The notes under the pieces were generated by a model. It was not told the DNA's origin, did no database searches, and saw nothing but the letters and a program-made list of their open reading frames with translations. DNA of 64,000 bases from an uncultured Candidatus Saccharibacteria bacterium (GTDB taxonomy: Bacteria; Patescibacteriota; Minisyncoccia; Portnoybacterales; UBA2143). The position numbers and the translations under genes were made by a program. Position 1 is the stretch's first letter; each line of letters opens with the position of its first letter. This document shows, one piece after another, positions 49,034 to 58,662 of this stretch. Location of the stretch: positions 74,415 through 138,414 of the forward strand of contig CAYPQZ010000006.1 in NCBI GenBank assembly GCA_964413015.1, in the 5' to 3' direction.

Positions 49034-50299
49034 CTATTTGGGGACTGTTCCCAAAGTAACATAACCTTTATCTAAATTTTCCATCAGAGTTTTATCCAAC
49101 ATTTTTTCTCCCGCATATTCAATAAAAATTTTATTCCAAAGCGCTTCCGGCTGATGGTAAAGATACCTGTAATTAAAGTCCTTTTGATGAAGAAGTGAAA
49201 TCCCGTTATCAAATAAATCGAAACTGATTAAAGACTCTTGCCCGGAAGCATCAGAAAAATATTCGGCCAGAACATCTGAACCACGCCAAAAATCAAATCC
49301 CGAGTCAGGAAACTTTTGACTGAATTTATCAATACAGACAGCCGCTCTAGTATAATGCCAGGCCTCCGGACTGATATGGGGTTCGGCCAGCCTGGGATCG
49401 TCAGGATTCTTTTTGTCTAAATAGGCCGGCATCATCCGCCAACTCATTTTATTGCTATTAGGCAAGGGCATGTCGCTAACTTGGACTTTCAAAGCTTCGG
49501 TCATTTTATGAACAAAATCCCTTTCCTGGCTGTATTTTTCAAAAAGACGAGCGTGCCAGTCAACTTCGTAAGTATAGTGAAGTGTCATAAAAAAGTAATA
49601 TAGAGATTCATTAGGACGATCTTTAATCACCGGAATAATAAAAACAACGCCGACTTCCTTCAAATGGCTCATGTGATGGAATTTCTTTTCTAAAAATTCT
49701 TGCCCTTTGCCTGACCATCTTTTTGGCAAAACCATTATTCTAATCGGCCTTTTTTCAAAATCATCCTTTGTTAAATAAGTGTAGGCCTTAAAAAAAACCT
49801 TGTTCAGCCAATCGCCGTCTTCAACAAAACGCAAGGCGCAAAAAAGTTCAAAAACATCTTCTTTGTCTAGCATTTCATCAATCTTGTCTTCGTATCCCAG
49901 AATTCCCATAATTTTTTTAGGCGGGTTCAATCTGAACAATTCTTTAAGTTTCTCTTCTTTAATAAAAAAATCCGATAGATTACCAGTTAAATCTTTTATG
50001 GCGCTGATAAAATCCCGACAATCATCCGGATCGGAAAGATTAAACTGATTAAAATGGTTAAAAAGAAACTGGTTATTTTGCTTAGCTTTCTCAATTAAAG
50101 ATTGATAAATATCTTCAGCTTTTGAATTCCTGTCTAATCCTAAAATGGCCAATTTCTGGTCAATTTTAGAGTCATTCTCCTGAACAATTTTTTCAATTAT
50201 ATCCCTTTTGCCGAAAATTTCAGACATTTTATTTTCCAGATTCAAAATAACTTCTTCAGGAGCCCCCAATATTTTAGCTAATTTAGTAACTGGATTCAT
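49034..50299 (-). CDS. Hypothetical protein (421 aa) embedded in the glycolysis/PPP operon
   Basis: No motif I can assign. It is conserved-looking and sits between the pfkB kinase and fba. The start is taken at MNPVTK, directly after the pfkB stop. Confidence 0.4.
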   Translation of the reverse strand: MNPVTKLAKILGAPEEVILNLENKMSEIFGKRDIIEKIVQENDSKIDQKLAILGLDRNSKAEDIYQSLIEKAKQNNQFLFNHFNQFNLSDPDDCRDFISAIKDLTGNLSDFFIKEEKLKELFRLNPPKKIMGILGYEDKIDEMLDKEDVFELFCALRFVEDGDWLNKVFFKAYTYLTKDDFEKRPIRIMVLPKRWSGKGQEFLEKKFHHMSHLKEVGVVFIIPVIKDRPNESLYYFFMTLHYTYEVDWHARLFEKYSQERDFVHKMTEALKVQVSDMPLPNSNKMSWRMMPAYLDKKNPDDPRLAEPHISPEAWHYTRAAVCIDKFSQKFPDSGFDFWRGSDVLAEYFSDASGQESLISFDLFDNGISLLHQKDFNYRYLYHQPEALWNKIFIEYAGEKMLDKTLMENLDKGYVTLGTVPK

Positions 50300-51279
50300 A
50301 ATATTTCCACTTCCACCTTCTCCCATTCTCCCCATTCGCCTTTTTTAAGCAATCCGTTAGTCGCTCCCATTTTTTGTAAACAGGCAGTGGCATTAGCGGT
50401 GCCTAATTGGATAGCATGAGTAATATCGCCTTTGTCAATATATCCGGAGACAAAAGCGGCGCCGAAAGAATCACCGGCGCCAGTCCGATCGACCAGACCG
50501 GATTCCGGAATCCCGGCCGAATATAAGTTTTTACCGTCCGAAACGGTCACTCCGAGAGGGCCTTTATTCATAACCACAATTCCCTCAACCCATTCATCTA
50601 ATTTCTGAAAAATTTCTTTTTCTTTTTTAAAATCAATTCCAGTTAATTTAGACGATTCTTCCTGGTTAAGGATTAAAATATCAAGCTTATTAAGCACCGA
50701 CTTAAGGATTTCAGTATGCTCCGGCGTTTTAACGCTTCCTGCTGGATTAGAGGCTATTTTAATCCCGTTTTTCTTGCCAAAATCAACTAAAGGAACTAAC
50801 ATTTGATGGCTTTTATTAGATAAGGAAGAAACATAAAACCAGTCAGCTTTAAGTTCATCAAAAGGGATATCTTTCTCGGTTAATTCATGGCAAGCTCCAT
50901 ATTTTTCCAAGATGCTCCGGCCTTGGTCAGGCGCTGAGAGAATTACTGAAAAAGCGGTCGGAAACTTGTCTGATTCGACTAACAAATCAAGGCAAACTTG
51001 GTGTTGTCCCAATTCTTTTTTTACTTCCTGACCAAAAACATCCCGGCCAATCATGCCGTAATAGGCAGTTTTTAATCCCTGCTCGGCAAAACTGACCGCG
51101 CTGTTGGTCCCGCAGCCTCCCATAGTAAAAAGCACATCATCCATGTGCATTTTTGAGCCTAAAGGGATACAAAGTCCTTTCTTAGTGAAAAATTTTTCAT
51201 CCTCAACTATTTCTAACTTCCGGCTGCTCATGAAAATATCCAGAGTTGCCGAACCGAAAGTGATGATGTCGTAATTCAT
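50296..51279 (-). CDS. PfkB-family carbohydrate kinase (ribokinase/minor PFK-like)
   Basis: N-terminal GG di-glycine region and C-terminal GAGDSFGAAF. Confidence 0.75.
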   Translation of the reverse strand: MNYDIITFGSATLDIFMSSRKLEIVEDEKFFTKKGLCIPLGSKMHMDDVLFTMGGCGTNSAVSFAEQGLKTAYYGMIGRDVFGQEVKKELGQHQVCLDLLVESDKFPTAFSVILSAPDQGRSILEKYGACHELTEKDIPFDELKADWFYVSSLSNKSHQMLVPLVDFGKKNGIKIASNPAGSVKTPEHTEILKSVLNKLDILILNQEESSKLTGIDFKKEKEIFQKLDEWVEGIVVMNKGPLGVTVSDGKNLYSAGIPESGLVDRTGAGDSFGAAFVSGYIDKGDITHAIQLGTANATACLQKMGATNGLLKKGEWGEWEKVEVEIL

Positions 51280-51342
51280 AGCTTACACGAATCTTAAAAA
51301 TTTAAGGATTGTTATTAAAAACCATTAAGGGACTGTCCTTTA

Positions 51343-52311
51343 TCATTTCCTCTTGATGACTTTTAGAACTGCTTCTTTAATATCTTTTGCCACTAAACCG
51401 AATTCTTTCATTAGCTCATCCGGCTCGCCGGATTCGCCAAAGCGGTTCTGAATGCCAATCATTTCAATAGGCACCGGTTCATTTTTAGCTAAAACTTCCG
51501 CTACTGCGCTGCCTAAGCCACCCATTACCTGATGGTCTTCGCCAGTGACAATTGCTCCGGTCTGTTCAGCCGCTTTAATAATTTCCTCTTCGTCAATCGG
51601 CTTAATCGTATGATTGTTAATCACCCGCACATCAATTCCTTGTTTAGACAAACTCTCAGCGGCTAACAAAGCTTCATAGACAATCGGTCCACAGGCAATT
51701 ATGCTGACATCTCGCCCTTTTCGTAAAACTTCTGCCTGCCCGATTTTAAAAGGTGTCTTAGAAGTAGTAAAAATAGGCGTGGCTTCCCTAGCAAATCTTA
51801 AATAAACCGGTCCCTCTATTTTGCCTGCGGCCACAGTTGCTTTCTGCGTTTCAACAGCATCACAGGGAGCCAATACAGTCATATTCGGCAAACAGCGAGT
51901 AATCGCTATATCCTCTAATCCCTGATGAGTGGCTCCATCTGCGCCAACTGAAACCCCGGCATGGGCGCCGGTCATTTTCACATTGACGTTGTTATAGGCA
52001 ACAGATATTCTGATTTGGTCCCAGTTGCGTCCGGGGCAAAAAACGGAATAAGTTGAAACAAAAGGAATTTTGCCGGTGAGCGCTAATCCGGCCGCTACGC
52101 CAATCATATTTTGCTCGGCAATCCCACATTGAACAAATCTTTCCGGGAATTCATCACGGAACCAGTTACAGCGGGTTGAACCAGTTAAATCAGCTCCTAA
52201 AACAATTATGTTTTTATTCTCTTTAGCCAGTTCAACCAACCCTAAACCATAGCCGTCACGAGTCGGCTTTTTTTCTAACTTGCTTTTATTGTATAAATTT
52301 TTTGCTAGCAT
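51343..52311 (-). CDS. tktB: Transketolase, C-terminal subunit (pyrimidine-binding plus C-terminal domains)
   Basis: Pyrimidine-binding and C-terminal domain patterns. Split-gene arrangement. Confidence 0.85.
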   Translation of the reverse strand: MLAKNLYNKSKLEKKPTRDGYGLGLVELAKENKNIIVLGADLTGSTRCNWFRDEFPERFVQCGIAEQNMIGVAAGLALTGKIPFVSTYSVFCPGRNWDQIRISVAYNNVNVKMTGAHAGVSVGADGATHQGLEDIAITRCLPNMTVLAPCDAVETQKATVAAGKIEGPVYLRFAREATPIFTTSKTPFKIGQAEVLRKGRDVSIIACGPIVYEALLAAESLSKQGIDVRVINNHTIKPIDEEEIIKAAEQTGAIVTGEDHQVMGGLGSAVAEVLAKNEPVPIEMIGIQNRFGESGEPDELMKEFGLVAKDIKEAVLKVIKRK

Positions 52312-52335
52312 GTTTTAAAATGATATCTTTTAACG

Positions 52336-52505
52336 ATAAGGACATTCCTTAAAATGATGTCCCTTGAGCACAAGGGCGTCATTTTAAAGACTGTTCTTAT
52401 CAGTTTGTCTTATCTGTTTCCCCTTGTCAAAATTTAAGGAGTCGTCCTTTCCCTCCGGAGGCAGACATATGACAATCCTTAAATTTTTCAAAACTGTCCT
52501 TTAAC
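52336..52505. repeat. Family-A modular repeat, full copy (inverted orientation) between the two tkt halves
   Basis: aaggacattccttaaaatgatgtcccttgagcacaagggcgtcattttaaagactgttctt...ccccttgtcaaaatttaaggagtcgtcctttccctccggagg...atgacaatccttaaatttttcaaaactgtccttt. Confidence 0.85.
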
Positions 52506-52518
52506 TCAAAAAGCAAAA

Positions 52519-53367
52519 TCACTCGCTTTCGCTTTCAATCCGTCCACCCAATGTTCTTAATTCACTTAAGGCCTCCTGGGCCTGCTTTTTGTCAGGCACC
52601 TTGCCATGCCAGGAATACTGCCATTTAATGAAATCAACTCCCTTGCCGGGTATAGTATGGGCAATAATTAAACTTGGTTTTTCAAAAATCGCTTTTGACT
52701 TATGACAGGCATCAATAATCTCTTCTATATTGTGTCCGTCCACATCCATAACGTGCCAGCCAAAAGCTTCGTATTTTTCCTTTAATGGCTCCAAAGGCAT
52801 AACATCTTCGGTATAACCGTCAATCTGAATATTGTTTCGGTCCATAATCTGAGTGATGTTAAAAAGTTTGTATTTACCGGCAAACATAGCTGCCTCCCAC
52901 ATTGAACCCTCGTCATGCTCTCCATCTGAAGTCAAGGCCCAAACCCAATTATCTTTCTTATCAAGTTTAGCAAAGTTATAGGCCATACCGCAGGCAATTT
53001 GCAATCCCTGGGCCAAGGAGCCTCCGGAAGTTTCTATACCGGGCACGCCCTGCCGACAAGGATGGCCCTGCAGAATGCTGCCCAGTTTGCGCAGGGTTTT
53101 AAGCTCTTTTTTATCAAAATAACCAGCATGTGCCAGAACAGCATACCAAACTGGACAAATATGGGCATTAGAAATCACCACGTAATCACGCTCCGACCAA
53201 TTCGGTTTTTTAGAATTGTATTTAATTACTCCTCCGAAATACAAGGCAGTCAGAACATCAGCCATGCCTAAAGAGCCGGCTGAATGACCCGACTTGGCTT
53301 CAGTCAGCATATCAATCAAATCTTTTCTAATATCGTTGGCTTTTTTTTCTAATTCTTTAGTATCCAT
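52519..53367 (-). CDS. tktA: Transketolase, N-terminal subunit (TPP-binding)
   Basis: GH.G..LG and the TPP-binding GDG...EG motifs. Confidence 0.85.
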   Translation of the reverse strand: MDTKELEKKANDIRKDLIDMLTEAKSGHSAGSLGMADVLTALYFGGVIKYNSKKPNWSERDYVVISNAHICPVWYAVLAHAGYFDKKELKTLRKLGSILQGHPCRQGVPGIETSGGSLAQGLQIACGMAYNFAKLDKKDNWVWALTSDGEHDEGSMWEAAMFAGKYKLFNITQIMDRNNIQIDGYTEDVMPLEPLKEKYEAFGWHVMDVDGHNIEEIIDACHKSKAIFEKPSLIIAHTIPGKGVDFIKWQYSWHGKVPDKKQAQEALSELRTLGGRIESESE

Positions 53368-53417
53368 ATATTAAAATGGCTAAATCGTCAAAAGTTGTTT
53401 TCTTGATATTTTTTTGT

Positions 53418-54050
53418 TTAATGACATATTTTTAAATCTTCAATTGCTTTTCTAGGATTGTCGCTTTTAAAAATTGCGCTGCCGCTAGCTAAAAGATTGG
53501 CCCCGGCCCGGATAACCAACGGAGCGGTTTTTGGGTTTATGCCCCCATCCACTTCTATATTAACATCTTTATACTTCTTTCGCAATTGCTTAATTTTCCC
53601 CAGAGTTTCTTCTATCAAATCTTGGCCTCCCTGGCCGGGATTGACTGTCATAACTAAAACCAAATCAAGGTCTTGGATAAAGTTATCCACTGTTTCTATC
53701 GGCGTTTCTGGACTAATCGCCAAGCCGAATTCCAGGCCGGCTTGTTTAATCTTTTTTATTATTTCTTTGTGCTGGTTCGTTGATTCATAATGGATAATAA
53801 TTCGCTCAACTCCAGAATCAATCCACTGGTCAACTTCTTCTTCAGGATTCCGGACCATTAAATGAACCTCTATATTCAAATCGGTTTCCAAATCTTTTAA
53901 CTCAATCGGATCGCCCCAAGTTTGATTATTTACAAAATGACCGTCCATTACGTCTAACTGTACCCAATCAACATATGGCTCTACTTTCTTTATTCTGGAC
54001 TTCAACTCCTCAAAGCTTTCAACCATGATAACAGGGATAATCTGAATCAT
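53418..54050 (-). CDS. rpe: Ribulose-phosphate 3-epimerase
   Basis: LDVMDGHFV, MTVNPGQGGQ and VDGGIN. Confidence 0.9.
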   Translation of the reverse strand: MIQIIPVIMVESFEELKSRIKKVEPYVDWVQLDVMDGHFVNNQTWGDPIELKDLETDLNIEVHLMVRNPEEEVDQWIDSGVERIIIHYESTNQHKEIIKKIKQAGLEFGLAISPETPIETVDNFIQDLDLVLVMTVNPGQGGQDLIEETLGKIKQLRKKYKDVNIEVDGGINPKTAPLVIRAGANLLASGSAIFKSDNPRKAIEDLKICH

Positions 54051-54484
54051 TGTTCCATTTCCTCTATTTTATTTAATCTTCTAACATGTCTTTCATCGCC
54101 GCTAAATTCTGTTTTTATCCAGATCCGGACAATTTTCTTGGCAGTCTCTGAATCCACTATTTTACTCCCCAGACAAAGTACATTGGCATTATTATGTTCC
54201 CTTGACTGTAAAGCGGTAAAATCATCCCAGCAAACGGCTGCCCGGACTCCTTTCATTTTATTAGCCGCCATGGCCATGCCAAATCCAGTAGCGCAAATTA
54301 AAATCCCTTGCCCGTTATTTTCAACTGTTTTTTCAGCTACTGCTGAAGCAAAATCAGGATAGTCATCCTCCAATTCCAACTTTTTATTCCCTAAATCTTC
54401 ATATTCATGCCCTAATTCCTCAAGATATTTCTTGAGTTCTTCCTTTAGATTAAAACCGGCATGGTCAGCGCCTAAATAAATCAT
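54047..54484 (-). CDS. rpiB: Ribose-5-phosphate isomerase B
   Basis: MIYLGADHAGF..K and CATGFGMAMAANK. Confidence 0.9.
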   Translation of the reverse strand: MIYLGADHAGFNLKEELKKYLEELGHEYEDLGNKKLELEDDYPDFASAVAEKTVENNGQGILICATGFGMAMAANKMKGVRAAVCWDDFTALQSREHNNANVLCLGSKIVDSETAKKIVRIWIKTEFSGDERHVRRLNKIEEMEQ

Positions 54485-54485
54485 A

Positions 54486-54621
54486 CCCCGTAGAAGAATT
54501 TTGAATTCTAATCAATTTTATCGATTAGCAATCTAAAAAATTTTCACTTAATTATTTATAGAACGCCCCGTTTTATTAAATTAAATCAAAGATTTAATTG
54601 TTTCAAAATTTCTCTACGGGG
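54486..54621. repeat. Family-B element (TIR ccccgtagaagaattttgaa ... ttcaaaatttctctacgggg) with TCATA direct repeats on both flanks
   Basis: It fills the rpiB-gap intergenic region. The left TCATA (54481..54485) contains the rpiB start and the right TCATA (54622..54626) contains the gap stop. Confidence 0.85.
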
Positions 54622-55602
54622 TCATAGTTTTTTCCCAATAAACTCTGCAAATTCAGCCAAGCGGCAGGCGTATCCATATTCATTATCATACCAGGCCAAA
54701 ACCTTAACCAATTTTTTCTCTTGAACCATGGTTGAAGCCGCATCAACAATTGCGGAGAAAGAACTCCCTTTGTAATCAACCGAAACTAATGGACTTTCTT
54801 CAACTCTTAAAATCCCTTTTAAATTATCCTGTTCTGAGGCCTTTTTAAAAGCAATGTTAATTCCTTCAACATCCGTTTCTTTTTTAACTTTAGCTACAAA
54901 ATCAACCAACGAAACAACCGGGGTAGGAACCCTTATGGCCAAACCGTGAATTTTGCCTTTTAGTTCAGGGATTGTTTTTATTACAGCAATTGCTGCTCCA
55001 GTAGTCGTCGGGACCATTGACAGGGCCGCTGAACGAGCCCGGCGCAAATCCTTTCGATGAGGAGAATCCAAAAGCTTCTGGTCATTGGTATAACTATGGA
55101 TCGCAGTCATTAAACCGGACTCTATCTCGAATTCCTGATGAAGAATATTGGCTATAGGAGCCAGACAATTAGTCGTACATGACGCCATAGAGACAATATT
55201 ATCTTTTTCAGGGTTATAATTTTCTTGGTTAACGCCTAAAACAAAATGAGGCATAGCCTCACTTTTAGAAGGAGCTGAAATAATAACTTTTTTAGCTCCA
55301 GCTGATAAATGTTTTTGGGCATCTTCTATTTTGGTAAACAGGCCGGTGCATTCCAGGACCACATCCACTTCCATTTTCCCCCACGGCAGCTTAGCCGGAT
55401 CTTTTTCAGCTAAAACTTTATCTTCCGGTAAAGGATTCTCATATTTTCCGTAAACCGAATCATATTTTAATAGATGAGCCAAAGTTTTGGCGTCGGTTAA
55501 ATCATTAATCGCGACTATCTCTAAATTCGGATGTTTGTCCAGAATCCTACGAAAAACTGGCCGGCCAATTCGGCCAAACCCATTAATTGCGATTTTAATC
55601 AT
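54622..55602 (-). CDS. gap: Glyceraldehyde-3-phosphate dehydrogenase
   Basis: INGFGRIGR and ASCTTNCLAP. Confidence 0.95.
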   Translation of the reverse strand: MIKIAINGFGRIGRPVFRRILDKHPNLEIVAINDLTDAKTLAHLLKYDSVYGKYENPLPEDKVLAEKDPAKLPWGKMEVDVVLECTGLFTKIEDAQKHLSAGAKKVIISAPSKSEAMPHFVLGVNQENYNPEKDNIVSMASCTTNCLAPIANILHQEFEIESGLMTAIHSYTNDQKLLDSPHRKDLRRARSAALSMVPTTTGAAIAVIKTIPELKGKIHGLAIRVPTPVVSLVDFVAKVKKETDVEGINIAFKKASEQDNLKGILRVEESPLVSVDYKGSSFSAIVDAASTMVQEKKLVKVLAWYDNEYGYACRLAEFAEFIGKKL

Positions 55603-55606
55603 AAAT

Positions 55607-55645
55607 TTCTACGAATTACGAATTTATTACGAATATACGAATTTT
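55607..55645 (-). promoter_or_regulatory. 39-bp ATTCGTA-heptad array immediately 5' of gap (identical to the groEL copy)
   Basis: Identical 39-mer to 31247..31285. More degenerate tacgaat/gcgaata motifs lie further upstream (55646..55720). Confidence 0.6.
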
Positions 55646-55721
55646 ATTTTAATATATTCGCAACCCATTTATATTTCATAGCCATTTTGGTATATCCGCA
55701 AGTCATTCGTATTCCCTAGTT

Positions 55722-55982
55722 TTATTCTTTAATATTTAAAAGTTGACAGATTCTTGCCCGGTCAAAACCAACAATAATTTCTCCGTTTATTTCAATAACC
55801 GGAACGCCCATCTGGCCGGACCGCTGGACCATTTCTTCACCCGCCCTGATGTCCTCGGCTACATTAATATCCTCATACTGTAAACCGTGTTCATCTAGGA
55901 AGGCCTTTAAAGTATAGCAATAAGCGCAGGAGGGCGCTGAAAAGACACGGATATAGTGATTTGTTTTTCCTTCTTGAGCCAT
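55722..55982 (-). CDS. Glutaredoxin-like (NrdH/Grx) thioredoxin-fold protein
   Basis: CAYC active site in an 86-aa protein. Confidence 0.6.
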   Translation of the reverse strand: MAQEGKTNHYIRVFSAPSCAYCYTLKAFLDEHGLQYEDINVAEDIRAGEEMVQRSGQMGVPVIEINGEIIVGFDRARICQLLNIKE

Positions 55983-55988
55983 TCTTAA

Positions 55989-56897
55989 TTAAGATAAATA
56001 TTCAGAAGCGCTTATAGCCGCTTTAGCTCCTTCGCCGGCTGCAATAATAATTTGTTTATGGAAAACATCGGTGACATCACCGGCTGCGAAAATTCCCGGA
56101 CAGGAAGTCATGTTTCTAAAATCTGTTTTAATTTCTCCTTCTTTATTTAATTCTACCACACTTTTAACAAAATTAGAAATAGGGACTGAGCCGATTTCTA
56201 TATAAACTCCTTCAACGGACATTTTTTTCTCTTCTTGAGAAATCTTATCACGATAGACTAAGCCGGTTACAAACTTATTCCCCTGAATTTTTTCAACCTG
56301 AACATTAAATAATATTTTAATATTTGAAGCGGCTTTAATTTTTTCCTGTTCAACTTTATCAATCCTTAGTTTTGGATTCAAAGCCAAAAGATAAATTTCC
56401 GAAGCGTATTCAGAAGTTTCCAAAGCTGCTTCAGCTGCGGCGTTGCCGCCGCCAATTACAGCTACTTTTTTATTAGCAAAAAGAGGCGCGTCGCAGGTAG
56501 CACAAAAGCTGACCCCTTTGCCAATAAACTCTTCTTCACCCGGCACACCCAATTTTTTGGGGCCCTTGCCGCTGGCAATAATTAAAGATTTTCCCTGATG
56601 CTTGTCCCCGTTAACAGATATAACCTCAAATTCTAAGCCTGCCTTTTTAACTTCCTTGATTTCTTGGTTCTCTTTAATCTCTAAATCAAATTTTTTCAGG
56701 TGGGTAATAAATTTATGGACTAATTCCGCGCCCGAGATAGAATTAAAACCCAAATAATTTTCTATTCGGGCCGCTTCGTTCATCTGGCCTCCCCATTCCT
56801 TGACCAGTAAAAGGAGATTTAATTTTTTTCGGGCTGCGTAGATGCCGGCGCTTAAAGCCGCCGGTCCGCCGCCGATAATGATAATATCGTAAATCAC
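55989..56897 (-). CDS. trxB: Thioredoxin-disulfide reductase
   Basis: GGGPA FAD motif, CATC redox-active disulfide, and NAD(P)-binding GGGNAA. Confidence 0.9.
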   Translation of the reverse strand: MIYDIIIIGGGPAALSAGIYAARKKLNLLLLVKEWGGQMNEAARIENYLGFNSISGAELVHKFITHLKKFDLEIKENQEIKEVKKAGLEFEVISVNGDKHQGKSLIIASGKGPKKLGVPGEEEFIGKGVSFCATCDAPLFANKKVAVIGGGNAAAEAALETSEYASEIYLLALNPKLRIDKVEQEKIKAASNIKILFNVQVEKIQGNKFVTGLVYRDKISQEEKKMSVEGVYIEIGSVPISNFVKSVVELNKEGEIKTDFRNMTSCPGIFAAGDVTDVFHKQIIIAAGEGAKAAISASEYLS

Positions 56898-58264
56898 TTT
56901 TCTAATTTTAACAGGGCGTCTTGGGCCGCCGCGATTAAGGGATAAACCGTCGGGGCTGAAGTCAGCAACGGATGACTGGCTATCTGCCAGGTATTAAAAT
57001 CATAAAGTGTCGCCTGGTGCTGAATTGCCATGGCTACTGCATTAATCATTTCACCAACGCTAACTGGCCCCATAATTTCTCCTCCAAGCAGCAATCCTTC
57101 TGAAGATTTGGAAAAAATTAATTTAACCCCTATTAACTCAGCGCCGGGCAATTTTCCAGGATGACGATTGAGCGCTTTGGCTTCGCCAATCACATATTCA
57201 AACTTCTCTTCTTTAGCTCTAGTTTCAGTTAAGCCGGCAGCCGCCAAAGTTAAGCCGTTAAGATAGGTTGAAAAAACTCCCAAAGTTCCTTTGTTTTCCC
57301 GAATTAATTTTATATGGTACAAGTTGCTGGCGGCAATTCTGGCTTCACTGGCCGCCACCGAAGCCAGCATGACTGGAATATTCTTGCCAGTTATGAAATC
57401 CCTGGTTTGAGCGCAATCGCCGATAGCCAGAATATCCGGCTGACTGGTTTTCATATATTCATCAACCCAAATGCCTCCTTTTTCTTCAACTTTTATTCCG
57501 GCTTCTTGGGCTAGCTTAATATTCGGCCGGGCGCCAATTGATAAAATTACTAAATCAGCCGGGATTTTCTTGCCGTCAGCCAATTCTAAATATTCTACTT
57601 TGTCCTGTCCGCTAACTTCTTTTATTTTTACGCCGGCATATATATCAATGCTTTTGTCTTTTAGCCTTTCTTCGGCTGCCTTTGCGAATTCCTCGTCAAA
57701 ATTAGTCAGCAGACAATGTTCCATCATTTCAAAAATACTAACTTTCAAGTTTTTTAGGCTGCTCAATTCTTCGGCCAATTCCACCCCGATAAAACCGCCA
57801 CCGATAATAGCAATGTTTTTTGCATTTTTAGCCGCTTCTCTTAATTTCTCTAAATACTCGTGATCCTTTTTTACCTGCCAAACGCCCGACTTATCTAATC
57901 CGGGGATAGGGACTAAATGCGATTCAGAGCCCAAGGCCAAAACCAGTTTATCATATTGGTAAACATTTTTATCTTTCAGAATGACCGTTTTCTTTTCCGA
58001 ATCAAGCTTAATCGCTTCGCCCGTAATTAAATCAACCTGATTGTCAATCAAGGACTGGCTGGACATTATATTATCCTCAACTGAATTTAACCGGTCAAAA
58101 ATATATGGGATGCCGCAGGGAATTACCTCTTTCTCTTCTTTCCTAACTAAACTGACCTTTTTGTCAGGATAATTTTTTCTGGTTGTCACAGCAGCCACTA
58201 TACCGGCTGGCCCGCCGCCAATAATTAAAATATCTGTTTTATTCATATAGCTATATATTATCAC
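56894..58264 (-). CDS. FAD-dependent pyridine nucleotide-disulfide oxidoreductase, NADH oxidase/CoA-disulfide reductase family
   Basis: A single redox Cys in VIPCGIPYIF (Nox/CoADR-type), two Rossmann motifs and a dimerisation domain. ATGA overlap with trxB. Confidence 0.7.
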   Translation of the reverse strand: MIIYSYMNKTDILIIGGGPAGIVAAVTTRKNYPDKKVSLVRKEEKEVIPCGIPYIFDRLNSVEDNIMSSQSLIDNQVDLITGEAIKLDSEKKTVILKDKNVYQYDKLVLALGSESHLVPIPGLDKSGVWQVKKDHEYLEKLREAAKNAKNIAIIGGGFIGVELAEELSSLKNLKVSIFEMMEHCLLTNFDEEFAKAAEERLKDKSIDIYAGVKIKEVSGQDKVEYLELADGKKIPADLVILSIGARPNIKLAQEAGIKVEEKGGIWVDEYMKTSQPDILAIGDCAQTRDFITGKNIPVMLASVAASEARIAASNLYHIKLIRENKGTLGVFSTYLNGLTLAAAGLTETRAKEEKFEYVIGEAKALNRHPGKLPGAELIGVKLIFSKSSEGLLLGGEIMGPVSVGEMINAVAMAIQHQATLYDFNTWQIASHPLLTSAPTVYPLIAAAQDALLKLEK

Positions 58265-58319
58265 AAAAATTTAAAAAAACAAAAAATCCTGACTGTTATT
58301 ATTTTTTTAAATCTTACAA

Positions 58320-58628
58320 TCAGGATTCTTTTAACCGCTGGGTTAATTCTTCTTCGGTTTTGTTGTTTATTTTCGCTAATTTGACATCGCGCTTATCTTT
58401 CCCTTTTTCTATTTCTATATACAAGAGACCATGCAGTTTTTTATAACTGGCTTCTGGCAAAAAGCCTATTATTTTGCCTTTGTTTTCAAGCTTTCGGAGA
58501 AGACGCTTAATTTTCTCTTCCGTAATTATTTTTTTTACAGGAAGAAATTCTGTTTCTGACCCAAAAAATTCTTCTATTGCTTTCACAATTATTTTTTTAT
58601 CCTGATCTTTCAGCAAACCGTTGCCCAC
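58320..58628 (-). CDS. Hypothetical protein
   Basis: 102-aa ORF with no recognisable motif. Confidence 0.3.
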   Translation of the reverse strand: MGNGLLKDQDKKIIVKAIEEFFGSETEFLPVKKIITEEKIKRLLRKLENKGKIIGFLPEASYKKLHGLLYIEIEKGKDKRDVKLAKINNKTEEELTQRLKES

Positions 58629-58662
58629 AATGCATCACCCCCTTTATTGTTATATAAAAGGA

